Source: Treponemataceae bacterium (GTDB taxonomy: Bacteria > Spirochaetota > Spirochaetia > Treponematales > Rectinemataceae). Taken from it: a stretch of DNA of 64,000 nucleotides. Made by a program: the position numbers and the translations under genes. The number at the start of each line of letters is the position of its first letter. The stretch's first letter is position 1. Shown in pieces: positions 37,775 through 46,575 of this stretch. The stretch spans positions 672,001 through 736,000 of the forward strand of contig CAXXHO010000003.1 of NCBI GenBank assembly GCA_963667725.2. Reading direction: 5' to 3'. A model generated the notes under the pieces. The model did not search any database, was not told the origin of the DNA, and saw nothing but the letters and a program-made list of their open reading frames with translations.

Positions 37775-38920
37775 CTATTGAATCTTCGTGATTATCTTCC
37801 ATATCTTGCCGTCGAACTGCGAGATGTAGCAGATGTCGGTGTAATTGTGCAGCGCGTCCATCTTCATTCTCCCCTGTACGCCAGTATATTCGATGGTCGA
37901 CAAGGCTTCGGTAATCTTCACGGAATCGGTGGATCCGGCCGTTTCGATCGCCTTTTTCAGCAGATAAACGCCATCATAATAGCACTGGGCGGGATCGCTG
38001 GGCTCTCTGCCCCATTTGGCCTTGTAGGCGTCCACGAAGGCTTTCACGGGCGGATCGGTATCCGCGGGGTTGAATCCTTGTACCGAGATTACGCCCACGG
38101 CCGCGTCGCCAGCCAGGTCCGTGAAGGCGGGAACGCCCCAAGCCGAGAAACCGACGACAGGCGCGGTGAGCTTCATCTGGCGATACTGCTTCATCACGAC
38201 GGCCGCTTCTGGCTCATGGGTAAGTCCGACGAGACAATCGATGCCCGCGTTCTTGAGCTTGGTGATCTGGGCGGTGACGTCCTTGTCGCCCTCTTTCATG
38301 TTCTCTATATCGACGATCTTTATGCCGTATTTCGCGAAGGCTTCTTTGGCGACGTCGAGCGCCGAAGTGCAATAGTCCGTGGATCCGACGATGACGCCTG
38401 GCCTTTTCGCCTTGAGCACTTCCGCTATGTACTTGACTTGCTGGGCGACTTTGATGCCGTCATCGGCGCGAAGCCTGAACAGATAGTCGTTCTTAACTTT
38501 GTCGAATCGGAAGGAAGGGGAAGTGGCTCCCACGAGCATGGGTTTCTTGGCCTGCTGGGCGAGCGTATGCACGCCGATGACCGCCGCGCTCATGTTCGGG
38601 CCGAATATCGCCACGGCCCTATCGTCGAAGAGCGCCCTGCGAACGACCGTCGCCGCCGTGCTTGCGTTCGCCTGGTCGTCATAGACCACGAGGTCGAACT
38701 TCGCGCCCGCTACACCGCCAGAGGCGTTGATCTCGTCTATGGCAAGCAAGGCGCCCTGTTTGATGTAGTCGCCCAGGATCGACCCCAGCCCTGTAAATGG
38801 GGCGCTGAGAGCAATTTTAATAGGCTTCGACGGGTCTATTTTCCCCTGTCCCCAAACGTTGCCGTTTATGAGGATGAGCAGAATCAAGCCTACGAAAACC
38901 TTTCGAGAGAGCTTTTTCAT
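37775..38920 (-). CDS. LIV-type (periplasmic binding protein type I) substrate-binding protein
   Basis: Signal peptide; AIDEINASGG.G, YDDQ, YLFR and YDGV motifs. Confidence 0.88.
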   Translation of the reverse strand: MKKLSRKVFVGLILLILINGNVWGQGKIDPSKPIKIALSAPFTGLGSILGDYIKQGALLAIDEINASGGVAGAKFDLVVYDDQANASTAATVVRRALFDDRAVAIFGPNMSAAVIGVHTLAQQAKKPMLVGATSPSFRFDKVKNDYLFRLRADDGIKVAQQVKYIAEVLKAKRPGVIVGSTDYCTSALDVAKEAFAKYGIKIVDIENMKEGDKDVTAQITKLKNAGIDCLVGLTHEPEAAVVMKQYRQMKLTAPVVGFSAWGVPAFTDLAGDAAVGVISVQGFNPADTDPPVKAFVDAYKAKWGREPSDPAQCYYDGVYLLKKAIETAGSTDSVKITEALSTIEYTGVQGRMKMDALHNYTDICYISQFDGKIWKIITKIQ

Positions 38921-38950
38921 AAAATCCTCCTATTCCCGATGCTTCATAAA

Positions 38951-39008
38951 ATATATGATGCATCATGCATGATTGAAGAACAGTATACCGATACTTTTCA
39001 TATGTCAA
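38951..39008 (-). promoter_or_regulatory. sigma70 promoter and downstream operator-like heptamer array for the LIV operon
   Basis: Minus strand TTGACA (39008-39003) with TACTGT (17-nt spacer) or TATACT (15-nt spacer); + strand ATATATG-ATGCATC-ATGCATG at 38951-38971. Confidence 0.65.
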
Positions 39009-39173
39009 TCTTTTTTATTTCTTAATTTCTTGTTGAAACAATCAATGATTATTTTAATGATTAAATTGGGATGAGGTTGAGAACATGGGTTGTGGATACT
39101 TAAGGCTGTAACTGTAGGTAAGTATTGGAATGCTCTCTAAAATGGCTCAGTTAGCAAGCCTTCGCTAATATGA

Positions 39174-39205
39174 AACGGCCGCGCCCTGTCCAGGGCGCGG
39201 CCGTT
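39174..39205 (-). terminator. Strong hairpin after dctM
   Basis: AACGGCCGCGCCCTG-TC-CAGGGCGCGGCCGTT, 15-bp arms; T-tail is weak. Confidence 0.7.
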
Positions 39206-39227
39206 CTAGTTTTAACTCAAACAATTA

Positions 39228-40511
39228 CTATCTTCCCATAAGCTTCAGCAATCCGATGCTCGCGTCGGGGATGTAGGTAACAAGCAGCAGGGCGAGGAAC
39301 ATGGCTACTATGAAAGGGAGAGCCTTCTTGACGATTTTGTCGAGAGGAATACTCGTCATGCCCGAAGCCACGAAGAGGTTGGCTGCGACCGGCGGCGTCA
39401 CGAAACCGATGGCGAGATTGATCGTCATCATGATTCCGAAATGGACGGGATCTATGCCATAGGGCCTCAGGGCGAGCAGAAGGATCGGCGAGAAGATGAT
39501 GTTCGCCGAGGTGGTGTCCATGACCATGCCGACAAAGACAAGGAAAACGTTCACGATCAGGAGGACGATGATCTTGTTGCTCGAGATGCCGAACAGGAAG
39601 GCGGTCAGCCCCTGCGGAATCTGGAGGAGGGACAGCACCGCGCCCATGGCCGCGGCGGGGGCGAAGGTCAGCATCATGCCGCCCACGAAGGAGGTGTTGC
39701 CGACGAGCATCTTCCAGAGGTTCTTCCAGGTCAGTTCCTTGTAGATGAAGACGCCGACGATGATGCCGTAGAAAGTAGCTATGACGGCAGCCTCGGTCGG
39801 GGTAAAGATGCCGCCGTAGATGCCGCCCAGGATGATGACGGGCATGAGCAAGGCCCATATGCCTTCCCAGGTAGCCTTGAGGAGAGCCTTCATGCTGAAT
39901 TTTTGGCCGTTGCCAAGATAGCCGGCTTTCTTGGAGAGAACGATGTTGGGGACGATGAGGAAAGCGGCCACGATGAAGGCTGGCACGATGCCGGCGAGGA
40001 AGAGGTCGCCGATTGAGGTGTTGGTGGCGACGCCATAGACGACGAGGGGAATGCTGGGAGGCATGATGACGCCCAAGCCTCCGGCGACAGCCGACAGTCC
40101 AGTCGCGTAGGTTCTGTCGTATCCCGCCTTCTTCATGTAGGGGATCATGATGCCGCCGATGGCGGCCACCGTCGCGGGGCCGGAGCCGGAGATGGCTCCG
40201 AAGAAAAGGCAGGCGACGACAGTGACGGTTCCGAGGCCGCCTACCGTATGCCCGAGCGCCTTGTCCGCCATGTTGACGAGCCTTTTCGACAGGCCGCCCG
40301 TCTCCATGACGGCGCCGGCGAGCATGAAGCAGGGTATCGCCGTCAGCGGCAGGGATTCGAAGCCGGAATACATGGACTGCGCGAGGAAGGTCAGGTTCGT
40401 CGTTCCGAAGCCCATCGCGACGGCCATCATGCCGAGTCCGAGGGAGATTCCAACGGGCACGCCTATACCGAGGAGTACGACTGCCACCATTGCCAATACT
40501 AGTGATGCCAT
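39228..40511 (-). CDS. dctM: TRAP transporter large permease
   Basis: AIP.FMLAG, GAISGS, IMPPSIP, GIFTPTE, DPVHFG and TPPVA.NL motifs. Confidence 0.92.
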   Translation of the reverse strand: MASLVLAMVAVVLLGIGVPVGISLGLGMMAVAMGFGTTNLTFLAQSMYSGFESLPLTAIPCFMLAGAVMETGGLSKRLVNMADKALGHTVGGLGTVTVVACLFFGAISGSGPATVAAIGGIMIPYMKKAGYDRTYATGLSAVAGGLGVIMPPSIPLVVYGVATNTSIGDLFLAGIVPAFIVAAFLIVPNIVLSKKAGYLGNGQKFSMKALLKATWEGIWALLMPVIILGGIYGGIFTPTEAAVIATFYGIIVGVFIYKELTWKNLWKMLVGNTSFVGGMMLTFAPAAAMGAVLSLLQIPQGLTAFLFGISSNKIIVLLIVNVFLVFVGMVMDTTSANIIFSPILLLALRPYGIDPVHFGIMMTINLAIGFVTPPVAANLFVASGMTSIPLDKIVKKALPFIVAMFLALLLVTYIPDASIGLLKLMGR

Positions 40512-40514
40512 AGC

Positions 40515-41030
40515 TTACTCCCCTTTGCCTTTTTCAATGCCGCCGGCCTCAGGCTTGCGGATTTGGAAGTCCTTGACCTTCTGGATGCTGTCCTGCGCGA
40601 GTCTCAAGAGCATCAAGCCGAACATGGCCGGCAGGATGGAATAGTTGATCCACTTCGGAATGCCGATGACAGCCGTCGCCGTTCCGCTTCGAAACAGCCT
40701 GATGACGATGGGCATGATCCCGAACATCACGATGCAGCTGAAAACGGCAAAGAAAAAGTTTCCGACGAGATCGAGGATCAGGCGATTTTTCGGATTGACC
40801 TTGTCGAGCAGGATTTCGAGGCGGAGATGCTGATGTCTTCGGATAGCCGCGCAGGCGCCGAAATAGATCGACCATACGAAGAGGATAAGGGCGAGTTCCT
40901 CCGACCAGGAAAACGCTTGGTTGAAAACATACCTGGAGACGACCTGAGCGAACAGGACGAGGAACATGGCGCCCGACGCCACCGCTCCCAGGTATATTTC
41001 GATTTCATTGAGGAATTTCCTCACAGTCAT
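40515..41030 (-). CDS. dctQ: TRAP transporter small permease
   Basis: QV.SRY, WSEEL and H.R motifs; four TM segments. Confidence 0.9.
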   Translation of the reverse strand: MTVRKFLNEIEIYLGAVASGAMFLVLFAQVVSRYVFNQAFSWSEELALILFVWSIYFGACAAIRRHQHLRLEILLDKVNPKNRLILDLVGNFFFAVFSCIVMFGIMPIVIRLFRSGTATAVIGIPKWINYSILPAMFGLMLLRLAQDSIQKVKDFQIRKPEAGGIEKGKGE

Positions 41031-41113
41031 AAATCCCTTCCTTTTTAAAACTGAGGGCAACCCGCTCGATGGAACCGCGGGTTGCCCATGGCTCTATGCC
41101 ACGATGATCAGTA

Positions 41114-42235
41114 TCAGTAGCCCATCTTCTCGATGGAGTTCTTGATCGAGTTGAAGTAATCGGCGCCGATCCTCTTGGCGGCTTCGGTCCAGGTGTCGGT
41201 GGAAAGCTTCCTGAACTTGGCGAATTCATCCGCGGAGAGTTCGTTCATCGTCATTCTTTCCTTGAGTTTCTCGATCATCTTCGCTTCGGTCTTTACGAGT
41301 TCGGGGCCGGAATAGTCCTGGGCGATTTTCGCGCTTTCGGCAACGGCTTTCTGAATGTCGGCGGGGAGGGATTTCAGCCACTTGTCGTTGGTCACCGTCG
41401 CGCCAGCCGTGTAGAGATGGTTCGTGAAGGTCAGGTATTTCTGAACTTCGGCATAGTTCTGGGCGAAGATGTTGGCGATGGGGTTTTCCTGGCCGTCGAC
41501 AACTTTCTGCTGGAGGCTGGTGAAGAGTTCGGCGTATGCGATGGGCGTAGCGGCGGCGCCGAGCTTGTTCATGGCCATGATATGGAGGGGGTTGTTCTGG
41601 GTGCGGATCTTCAGGCCCTTGATGTCTGAAACCTGGTCGATCGGGCGCTTGCTGTTCGTGATATGGCGCATGCCAATGGCTCCCATGATCATGACGCTGA
41701 GGCCGGTGTCCTTGATGCACTTTTCGTTCATCAGTTTTCCCGGCTCGCCGGCGACGATCTTGTAGCCCGCTTCCAGGTTGGGAACAAGGAACATGACGTC
41801 CAGGGGCATGAAGGCTTTGGTGTATTCAGCGAAGGCGCCGACGTTGTAGGAATAGGACTCGAAATTGCGGGACTGCAGGCCGCCGAGGATCTGGTCCGCC
41901 GAGGTGCCGAGGCTGCCGTTGTAGTAGATCTGGAATTCAACCTTGTCGCCCAAGCGCTTCTTCATCTCGATGAAAAATTGTCTGTCGCCGCGAGCCACGG
42001 GGGAGTCGAGCAGGTTGCCGGTGACTGCTCCATGTCTCCATACGATCTTCTTGGGGTTATTGGACTTGGCGTCGACGGTTTTCCAGATCGCCTCATCAGC
42101 CGCTGAGAGCGGCGTGGCGATGGAGAGGGCGAAAGCGGTGACGTCCAGTTTCTGTGCCGCGACATTGGACACGAGCCCGGTGAGGGCAAAGAAAATCACA
42201 AGCGCGGTGGCGGTGATTCTGGTTCCTGTCTTCAT
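41114..42235 (-). CDS. dctP: TRAP transporter substrate-binding protein
   Basis: Signal peptide; GLKIRT, ELFTSLQQKVVDGQENP and NH motifs. Confidence 0.9.
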   Translation of the reverse strand: MKTGTRITATALVIFFALTGLVSNVAAQKLDVTAFALSIATPLSAADEAIWKTVDAKSNNPKKIVWRHGAVTGNLLDSPVARGDRQFFIEMKKRLGDKVEFQIYYNGSLGTSADQILGGLQSRNFESYSYNVGAFAEYTKAFMPLDVMFLVPNLEAGYKIVAGEPGKLMNEKCIKDTGLSVMIMGAIGMRHITNSKRPIDQVSDIKGLKIRTQNNPLHIMAMNKLGAAATPIAYAELFTSLQQKVVDGQENPIANIFAQNYAEVQKYLTFTNHLYTAGATVTNDKWLKSLPADIQKAVAESAKIAQDYSGPELVKTEAKMIEKLKERMTMNELSADEFAKFRKLSTDTWTEAAKRIGADYFNSIKNSIEKMGY

Positions 42236-42284
42236 ATATTCCTCCTTGCTTCAACATGGATGTCCACAGGGACATCCTGAAAAA

Positions 42285-43475
42285 TCATTTGATCGTGACG
42301 ACCTTGGACTGCCTGTAAGCCTGTTCCGAGATTTCGTTGCCTATACCGGGTTCGTTCGGCACTTCGAAATACCCGTTGACCGGCTGGGGATTGTGCTTGG
42401 AGAGGCATGCGTTCCACGCGCAGCGGTTGGCGATGTGGTGCTCGTGGATGAGAAAATTGGGGATAACCGATTCGAGATGTAGCGCGACGTTCGTGGACAA
42501 GGGACTCGCGCAGACATGGGCCTGGACGTTCACGTCGTAGGTATATGCCATGTCGCAGATTTTCTTGGCTTCGGTCAGGCCGCCGCAGTTGCCGATATCA
42601 GGCTGGATCACCTGAAGCGACTTGTTCTCGAAGTAGGGAGCATACTGCCACCTGGAGTAGATGCGCTCGCCTGAAGCCTGGGGAATGTTGACCTTCTCGG
42701 CAATGTATTTCTGCATGTACGGAGTGGGGGTATTGGGTTCCTCGAAATAGAAGATGCGGTACTTTTCAGCCATCTGTCCGAGCTGGACCGCCGCCTGGGC
42801 ATCGAGCGAGGAATGGTTTTCGATGATGATGTCCAGATCCTGGCCGCATTGGGCGCGGATTGCCTTGAGCCTGTCCTCGATCATATGCATGAACTTCGGA
42901 TGGATGATGTGCGTGCGCTCTTCTTCTCCGAAAGTTTCGCCGTTGGGGCCGTAGGTGAAGAAATCGATCTTCACGGCGTCGTAGCCTTCGTTCATGGCTC
43001 TCTGGCATACATCAGCATAATCCTCGGTCGTATAGGACTGCTTGCCCATTCCCACTTTAGAATCCCAATCCCAGCCGAACTGAAGCTGGGAAGCATAGGC
43101 TCTGAGTTTGTCCCTGCGTTTTCCGCCCAGGAGGGCATGGAGAGGCTGATTGAAGAACTTGCCTTTGATATCCCAGAGGGCGATATCGATGGCGCTGATG
43201 CCGGAGAAAACGATCGGGCCGCCGTTCTGTCCCCAGAAGGTGGTCTTGTACATCTTGTCCCAGATAACCTCGTTTTTCAGGGGGTCCATCCCGATGATGA
43301 TCTTCGCGAGGTCTTGGACCATCCCGAAGGCCGCGGTCTGGCCGGAGACATAGGCGACGGCTGCTTCTCCGTCCCCGCAGATGCCTGAGTCCGTATACAC
43401 GCGGCAGAGAATTGGGTGCCAGATGGGATTGTCGGGGACATCGACAAGCAGCACGTCCACTTTCGTAATTTTCAT
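42285..43475 (-). CDS. Mandelate racemase/enolase-superfamily acid-sugar dehydratase (paralogue 2)
   Basis: SAIDIALWDIKGK, KxD, ENH, EEP, GER, QPD and HEH motifs. Confidence 0.88.
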   Translation of the reverse strand: MKITKVDVLLVDVPDNPIWHPILCRVYTDSGICGDGEAAVAYVSGQTAAFGMVQDLAKIIIGMDPLKNEVIWDKMYKTTFWGQNGGPIVFSGISAIDIALWDIKGKFFNQPLHALLGGKRRDKLRAYASQLQFGWDWDSKVGMGKQSYTTEDYADVCQRAMNEGYDAVKIDFFTYGPNGETFGEEERTHIIHPKFMHMIEDRLKAIRAQCGQDLDIIIENHSSLDAQAAVQLGQMAEKYRIFYFEEPNTPTPYMQKYIAEKVNIPQASGERIYSRWQYAPYFENKSLQVIQPDIGNCGGLTEAKKICDMAYTYDVNVQAHVCASPLSTNVALHLESVIPNFLIHEHHIANRCAWNACLSKHNPQPVNGYFEVPNEPGIGNEISEQAYRQSKVVTIK

Positions 43476-43553
43476 TGTTGCTCCTTTGCGGCGCTTCTAT
43501 CAGCCGCGCGCCGTTTCATCGCGCGGCTGATTTACGCGGCTGCGCTGTGCCGT

Positions 43554-44756
43554 TCAAGCCCAGCGATTGGCTTTGATGGTCACCACTTCGCTCGCGGCGA
43601 TCGTCTCGTCCGTCAGCTCGTTGCCGATGCCGGGTCTTTCGGGGACGCTGAAGTAGCCGTTGACGGGCTGATAATCGTACTTGCAGAGATTGATGTTCGC
43701 GTCGAGAAGGGCGGCTTCATGGTGTTCGTGGATGACGAAGTTGGGGATGACAGCCTCGACCTGGAGCGCCGCGGCCGTGGAGATCGGGCCGCCGCAGATG
43801 TGGATCTGGACGCCGACGTCGTAGACGTGGGCCATGTCGCAGATTTTCTTGCCTTCGGAGATGCCGCCTGTGTTGCAGAGATCGGGCTGGATGATGCCCA
43901 CCGAACCCTGTTCGAAGAATTCGCGGAAGCCCCAGCGGGAATAGGATCTTTCGCCGGTAGCCATCGGGATCTTCACGTTGTCGGCGATCTCGCGGAACAA
44001 GGTCTGGTTAAGGGGCTGCGTCGGCTCCTCATAATAGAAGCAGCGGAACTTCTCGAGCTCGCGGCCGAGTTGGATGGCAGTCTTCTTGTCGGTGAGGGAA
44101 TGGAGCTCGATGATGATGTCGAGGGCGGGGCCGCCGGCTTCGCGTATCGCCGCGACGCGATCGACCGCGATCTTCAGCTGGTCATATTCCAGGATTCCGT
44201 AGTTGCTCCAGCCCATCCAGCGACCCTGGAGGTCGAAGCCGACCGGGTCCACTTTAATGCAGTTGTAGCCGTCGGCGATGGCCTTCCTGGCCGCGTCGCC
44301 GTACTGTTCGGGTTTGGAGAGAGCATGGCATTCCTTGCCCCAGTCGAACTGGATCTGGCTGGCATAGGCGCGGAGCTTGTCGTTCGTCTTTCCGCCGAGA
44401 AGCTGGTACACGGGTACGCCGAGCGCCTTTCCCTTGATGTCCCAGAGCGCGATATCGATCGCGCTGATCCCCGAGAAGATTACTCCGCCGCCGCCCATTC
44501 CCCAGAATGTCGAGCGATGCAGCTTGTTCCAGACTTTCTCGATGTTCATCGGGTCCATGCCGATGATGAGTTCGGCGAAATCCTTGCACATGCCGAAGGC
44601 AGCGTTGTTGGCGTTGCCGTAGCAGAGTCCGGCCTCGCCGAAACCGCTGATTCCTTCGTCGGTGTTGACGCGCACGCAAATGGGATTCCAGGGTGTTCCC
44701 TTCACGCTCGGCTGGCCTGTCAGGACCTTGATGACATCCACGCTTGTGATCTTCAT
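43554..44756 (-). CDS. Mandelate racemase/enolase-superfamily acid-sugar dehydratase (paralogue 1)
   Basis: SAIDIALWDIKGK, KVD, ELH, EEP, GER, QPD and HEH motifs; AGGAG SD. Confidence 0.88.
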   Translation of the reverse strand: MKITSVDVIKVLTGQPSVKGTPWNPICVRVNTDEGISGFGEAGLCYGNANNAAFGMCKDFAELIIGMDPMNIEKVWNKLHRSTFWGMGGGGVIFSGISAIDIALWDIKGKALGVPVYQLLGGKTNDKLRAYASQIQFDWGKECHALSKPEQYGDAARKAIADGYNCIKVDPVGFDLQGRWMGWSNYGILEYDQLKIAVDRVAAIREAGGPALDIIIELHSLTDKKTAIQLGRELEKFRCFYYEEPTQPLNQTLFREIADNVKIPMATGERSYSRWGFREFFEQGSVGIIQPDLCNTGGISEGKKICDMAHVYDVGVQIHICGGPISTAAALQVEAVIPNFVIHEHHEAALLDANINLCKYDYQPVNGYFSVPERPGIGNELTDETIAASEVVTIKANRWA

Positions 44757-44829
44757 TGCTTCTCTCCTCCTTGTCGATTGGATAGCCATATATGAAATTT
44801 CTCTTTATTCGACGCTCGGCGGGACGCGG

Positions 44830-45567
44830 TCATGGGGAGACCTGGTCGACGCTTATTTTTCGTTCGTAGACGACAACAAGCTCGTCTATCATTTTCGTAA
44901 AGGCTTCCACGGCGGCTCGCTGGTCTCTGTTCTTGAAGGCAGCCAGGACTTTTCCGTGGTGATCCATGCCCGCGGCCAGGGTGGGAATGCCATAGGCTTC
45001 CCTATAGTGCTGTTCGTTTTCCCCAAGGTGGAGGAAGAAGAGCTCTGACATGGATTCGTAGATTTCTATGAACAGACTGTTCTTCGACATCAGGAAAACC
45101 TGGTGATGGAACCTGTAGTCGTAGCTGACAGTCTTCTTGTAGTCCTCAGCGCAGAGCGCGTTCCAGTACTCGCTGAAAATGCTTTCGAGCGCTTCGATGT
45201 CGCTCGCGTCGGCTTTCTTGATTCCCAATTTCAGGCATTCGATTTCCAGAGCCTTGCGAAACTCCAGGATTTCGAGGGCATTTTTGGGTTTCGAAAAAAT
45301 GGAGCTCAGACCTTTCAGGAAGACGGCGGGGTTGAACTCGATGACGTAGGTGCCTTCGCCCATTCTTACTTCGACGAGCCCGAAGGTTTCCAGCTTCTTG
45401 ATCGCCGCTCTCACCGACATTCTGCTCACGCCGAATTCGGAGGCGAGCTGGATCTCTGAGGGCAGGGATTCTCCGGGCTCCCACTTCCCCGCGATGATCG
45501 ACTTTTTAAGTTCCTCGAAAATCTGGTCGGGGACGCTCGTTCTCTCGATCTTTCTGTAACCTTCCAT
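44830..45567 (-). CDS. FadR/GntR-family regulator
   Basis: LPSE..LA..FGVSR..VR and GEGTYV motifs, FCD domain. True start ATG 45567; the ORF-track extension is spurious. Confidence 0.9.
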   Translation of the reverse strand: MEGYRKIERTSVPDQIFEELKKSIIAGKWEPGESLPSEIQLASEFGVSRMSVRAAIKKLETFGLVEVRMGEGTYVIEFNPAVFLKGLSSIFSKPKNALEILEFRKALEIECLKLGIKKADASDIEALESIFSEYWNALCAEDYKKTVSYDYRFHHQVFLMSKNSLFIEIYESMSELFFLHLGENEQHYREAYGIPTLAAGMDHHGKVLAAFKNRDQRAAVEAFTKMIDELVVVYERKISVDQVSP

Positions 45568-45636
45568 CGTTTCGGATTCCCCTTGTTTGACTGATCGACT
45601 GATGAACTGTTTGCTGTCCGGTTGTTCGCTAGGCCC

Positions 45637-45665
45637 AGGATAGGGCCAGTTTTTAATCCTGTCAA
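45637..45665 (-). promoter_or_regulatory. sigma70 promoter for the FadR-dehydratase-TRAP operon
   Basis: Minus strand TTGACA-N17-TATCCT. Confidence 0.65.
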
Positions 45666-45804
45666 CTTTTTTTTGAAATTTCTTTGAGCAGGGAAGAAGT
45701 CTCGCATTATTGACTTCAAGGTCGAATGACGATTCAATGAAGAGGGTTTCTCCGGCGCAGGCGCCGGGACCGCGATTTTGACGTCGAAAAGCCGAAGGAT
45801 TCGA

Positions 45805-46539
45805 ATGAAAATTAAAAAAACTTCCTTGCCCGATGAAATTTGCGACAGCATCAAGGCATCGATCAAGAATGGGGAGTGGAAGCTTCAGGAAAAACTGCCT
45901 TCCGAGAACGAACTTTCGGAAATGTTCGGCGTTAACCGCTTGACCATCCGCATGGCGTTGCAGAAGCTGAACTCGCAGGGTATCGTCGAAACACGCGTGG
46001 GCGAGGGTACCTATGTAAAGGATTTCAGCTTCAGTACCTACATCGGCGAGGTATCCGACTTCTACCTCATGCCCGAGATGATCGATAATGTGTGCGAGTA
46101 CAGGCAGCTTCTCGAAGTGGAGTGCGCCAGGCTCGCCATCGAGCGCGCCTCTCCCGAGGAGGTGGAGGCGCTTGGCGCGGTCTGCGACCGCTACGACAAG
46201 ACCAATCTGAGGGTGTTCGCTATCGCCGACTGGAATTCTGAACTGATGCAGGAACTGATCGAGCGTGATCTCGAGTTTCATTATGAGATCGTGAAACTTT
46301 CGAAAAACATACTCTATAGATACTCGTTCGAGGTGGCGAGGGAACCGATATTCCGCTATCTGCAGATGATCGTCACCCAGCGACACAAGAGTTCCATAGG
46401 GAATCGCGAGCTCATAGCCAAAGCTTGTTCCCAGCATAGGATGATCTTCGAGGCCATCCGCGACAAGGATTTCGTGAAGTGCAGGAACGCGATCCTCAAG
46501 ATGATCGATTATACCATAGACCTCAGCGAACTGGCATAG
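45805..46539 (+). CDS. FadR/GntR-family regulator (divergent)
   Basis: LPSENEL..MFGVNR and GEGTYV motifs; FCD motifs D..FH and H. Confidence 0.9.
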   Translation: MKIKKTSLPDEICDSIKASIKNGEWKLQEKLPSENELSEMFGVNRLTIRMALQKLNSQGIVETRVGEGTYVKDFSFSTYIGEVSDFYLMPEMIDNVCEYRQLLEVECARLAIERASPEEVEALGAVCDRYDKTNLRVFAIADWNSELMQELIERDLEFHYEIVKLSKNILYRYSFEVAREPIFRYLQMIVTQRHKSSIGNRELIAKACSQHRMIFEAIRDKDFVKCRNAILKMIDYTIDLSELA

Positions 46540-46575
46540 GCCGATCCGCCTAAGCTCCTGGTCTTCGGCCCCGCG

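Noticed and set aside
38921..39227. AT-rich intergenic region as sRNA, att site or CRISPR leader
   Set aside because: No repeat-spacer array, tRNA or integrase; explained by a terminator plus a promoter/UP region
45568..46437. N-terminal 290 aa of the 535-aa ORF, suggesting a long fused regulator
   Set aside because: It crosses the promoter region and runs antisense to the second FadR; the real start is ATG 45567
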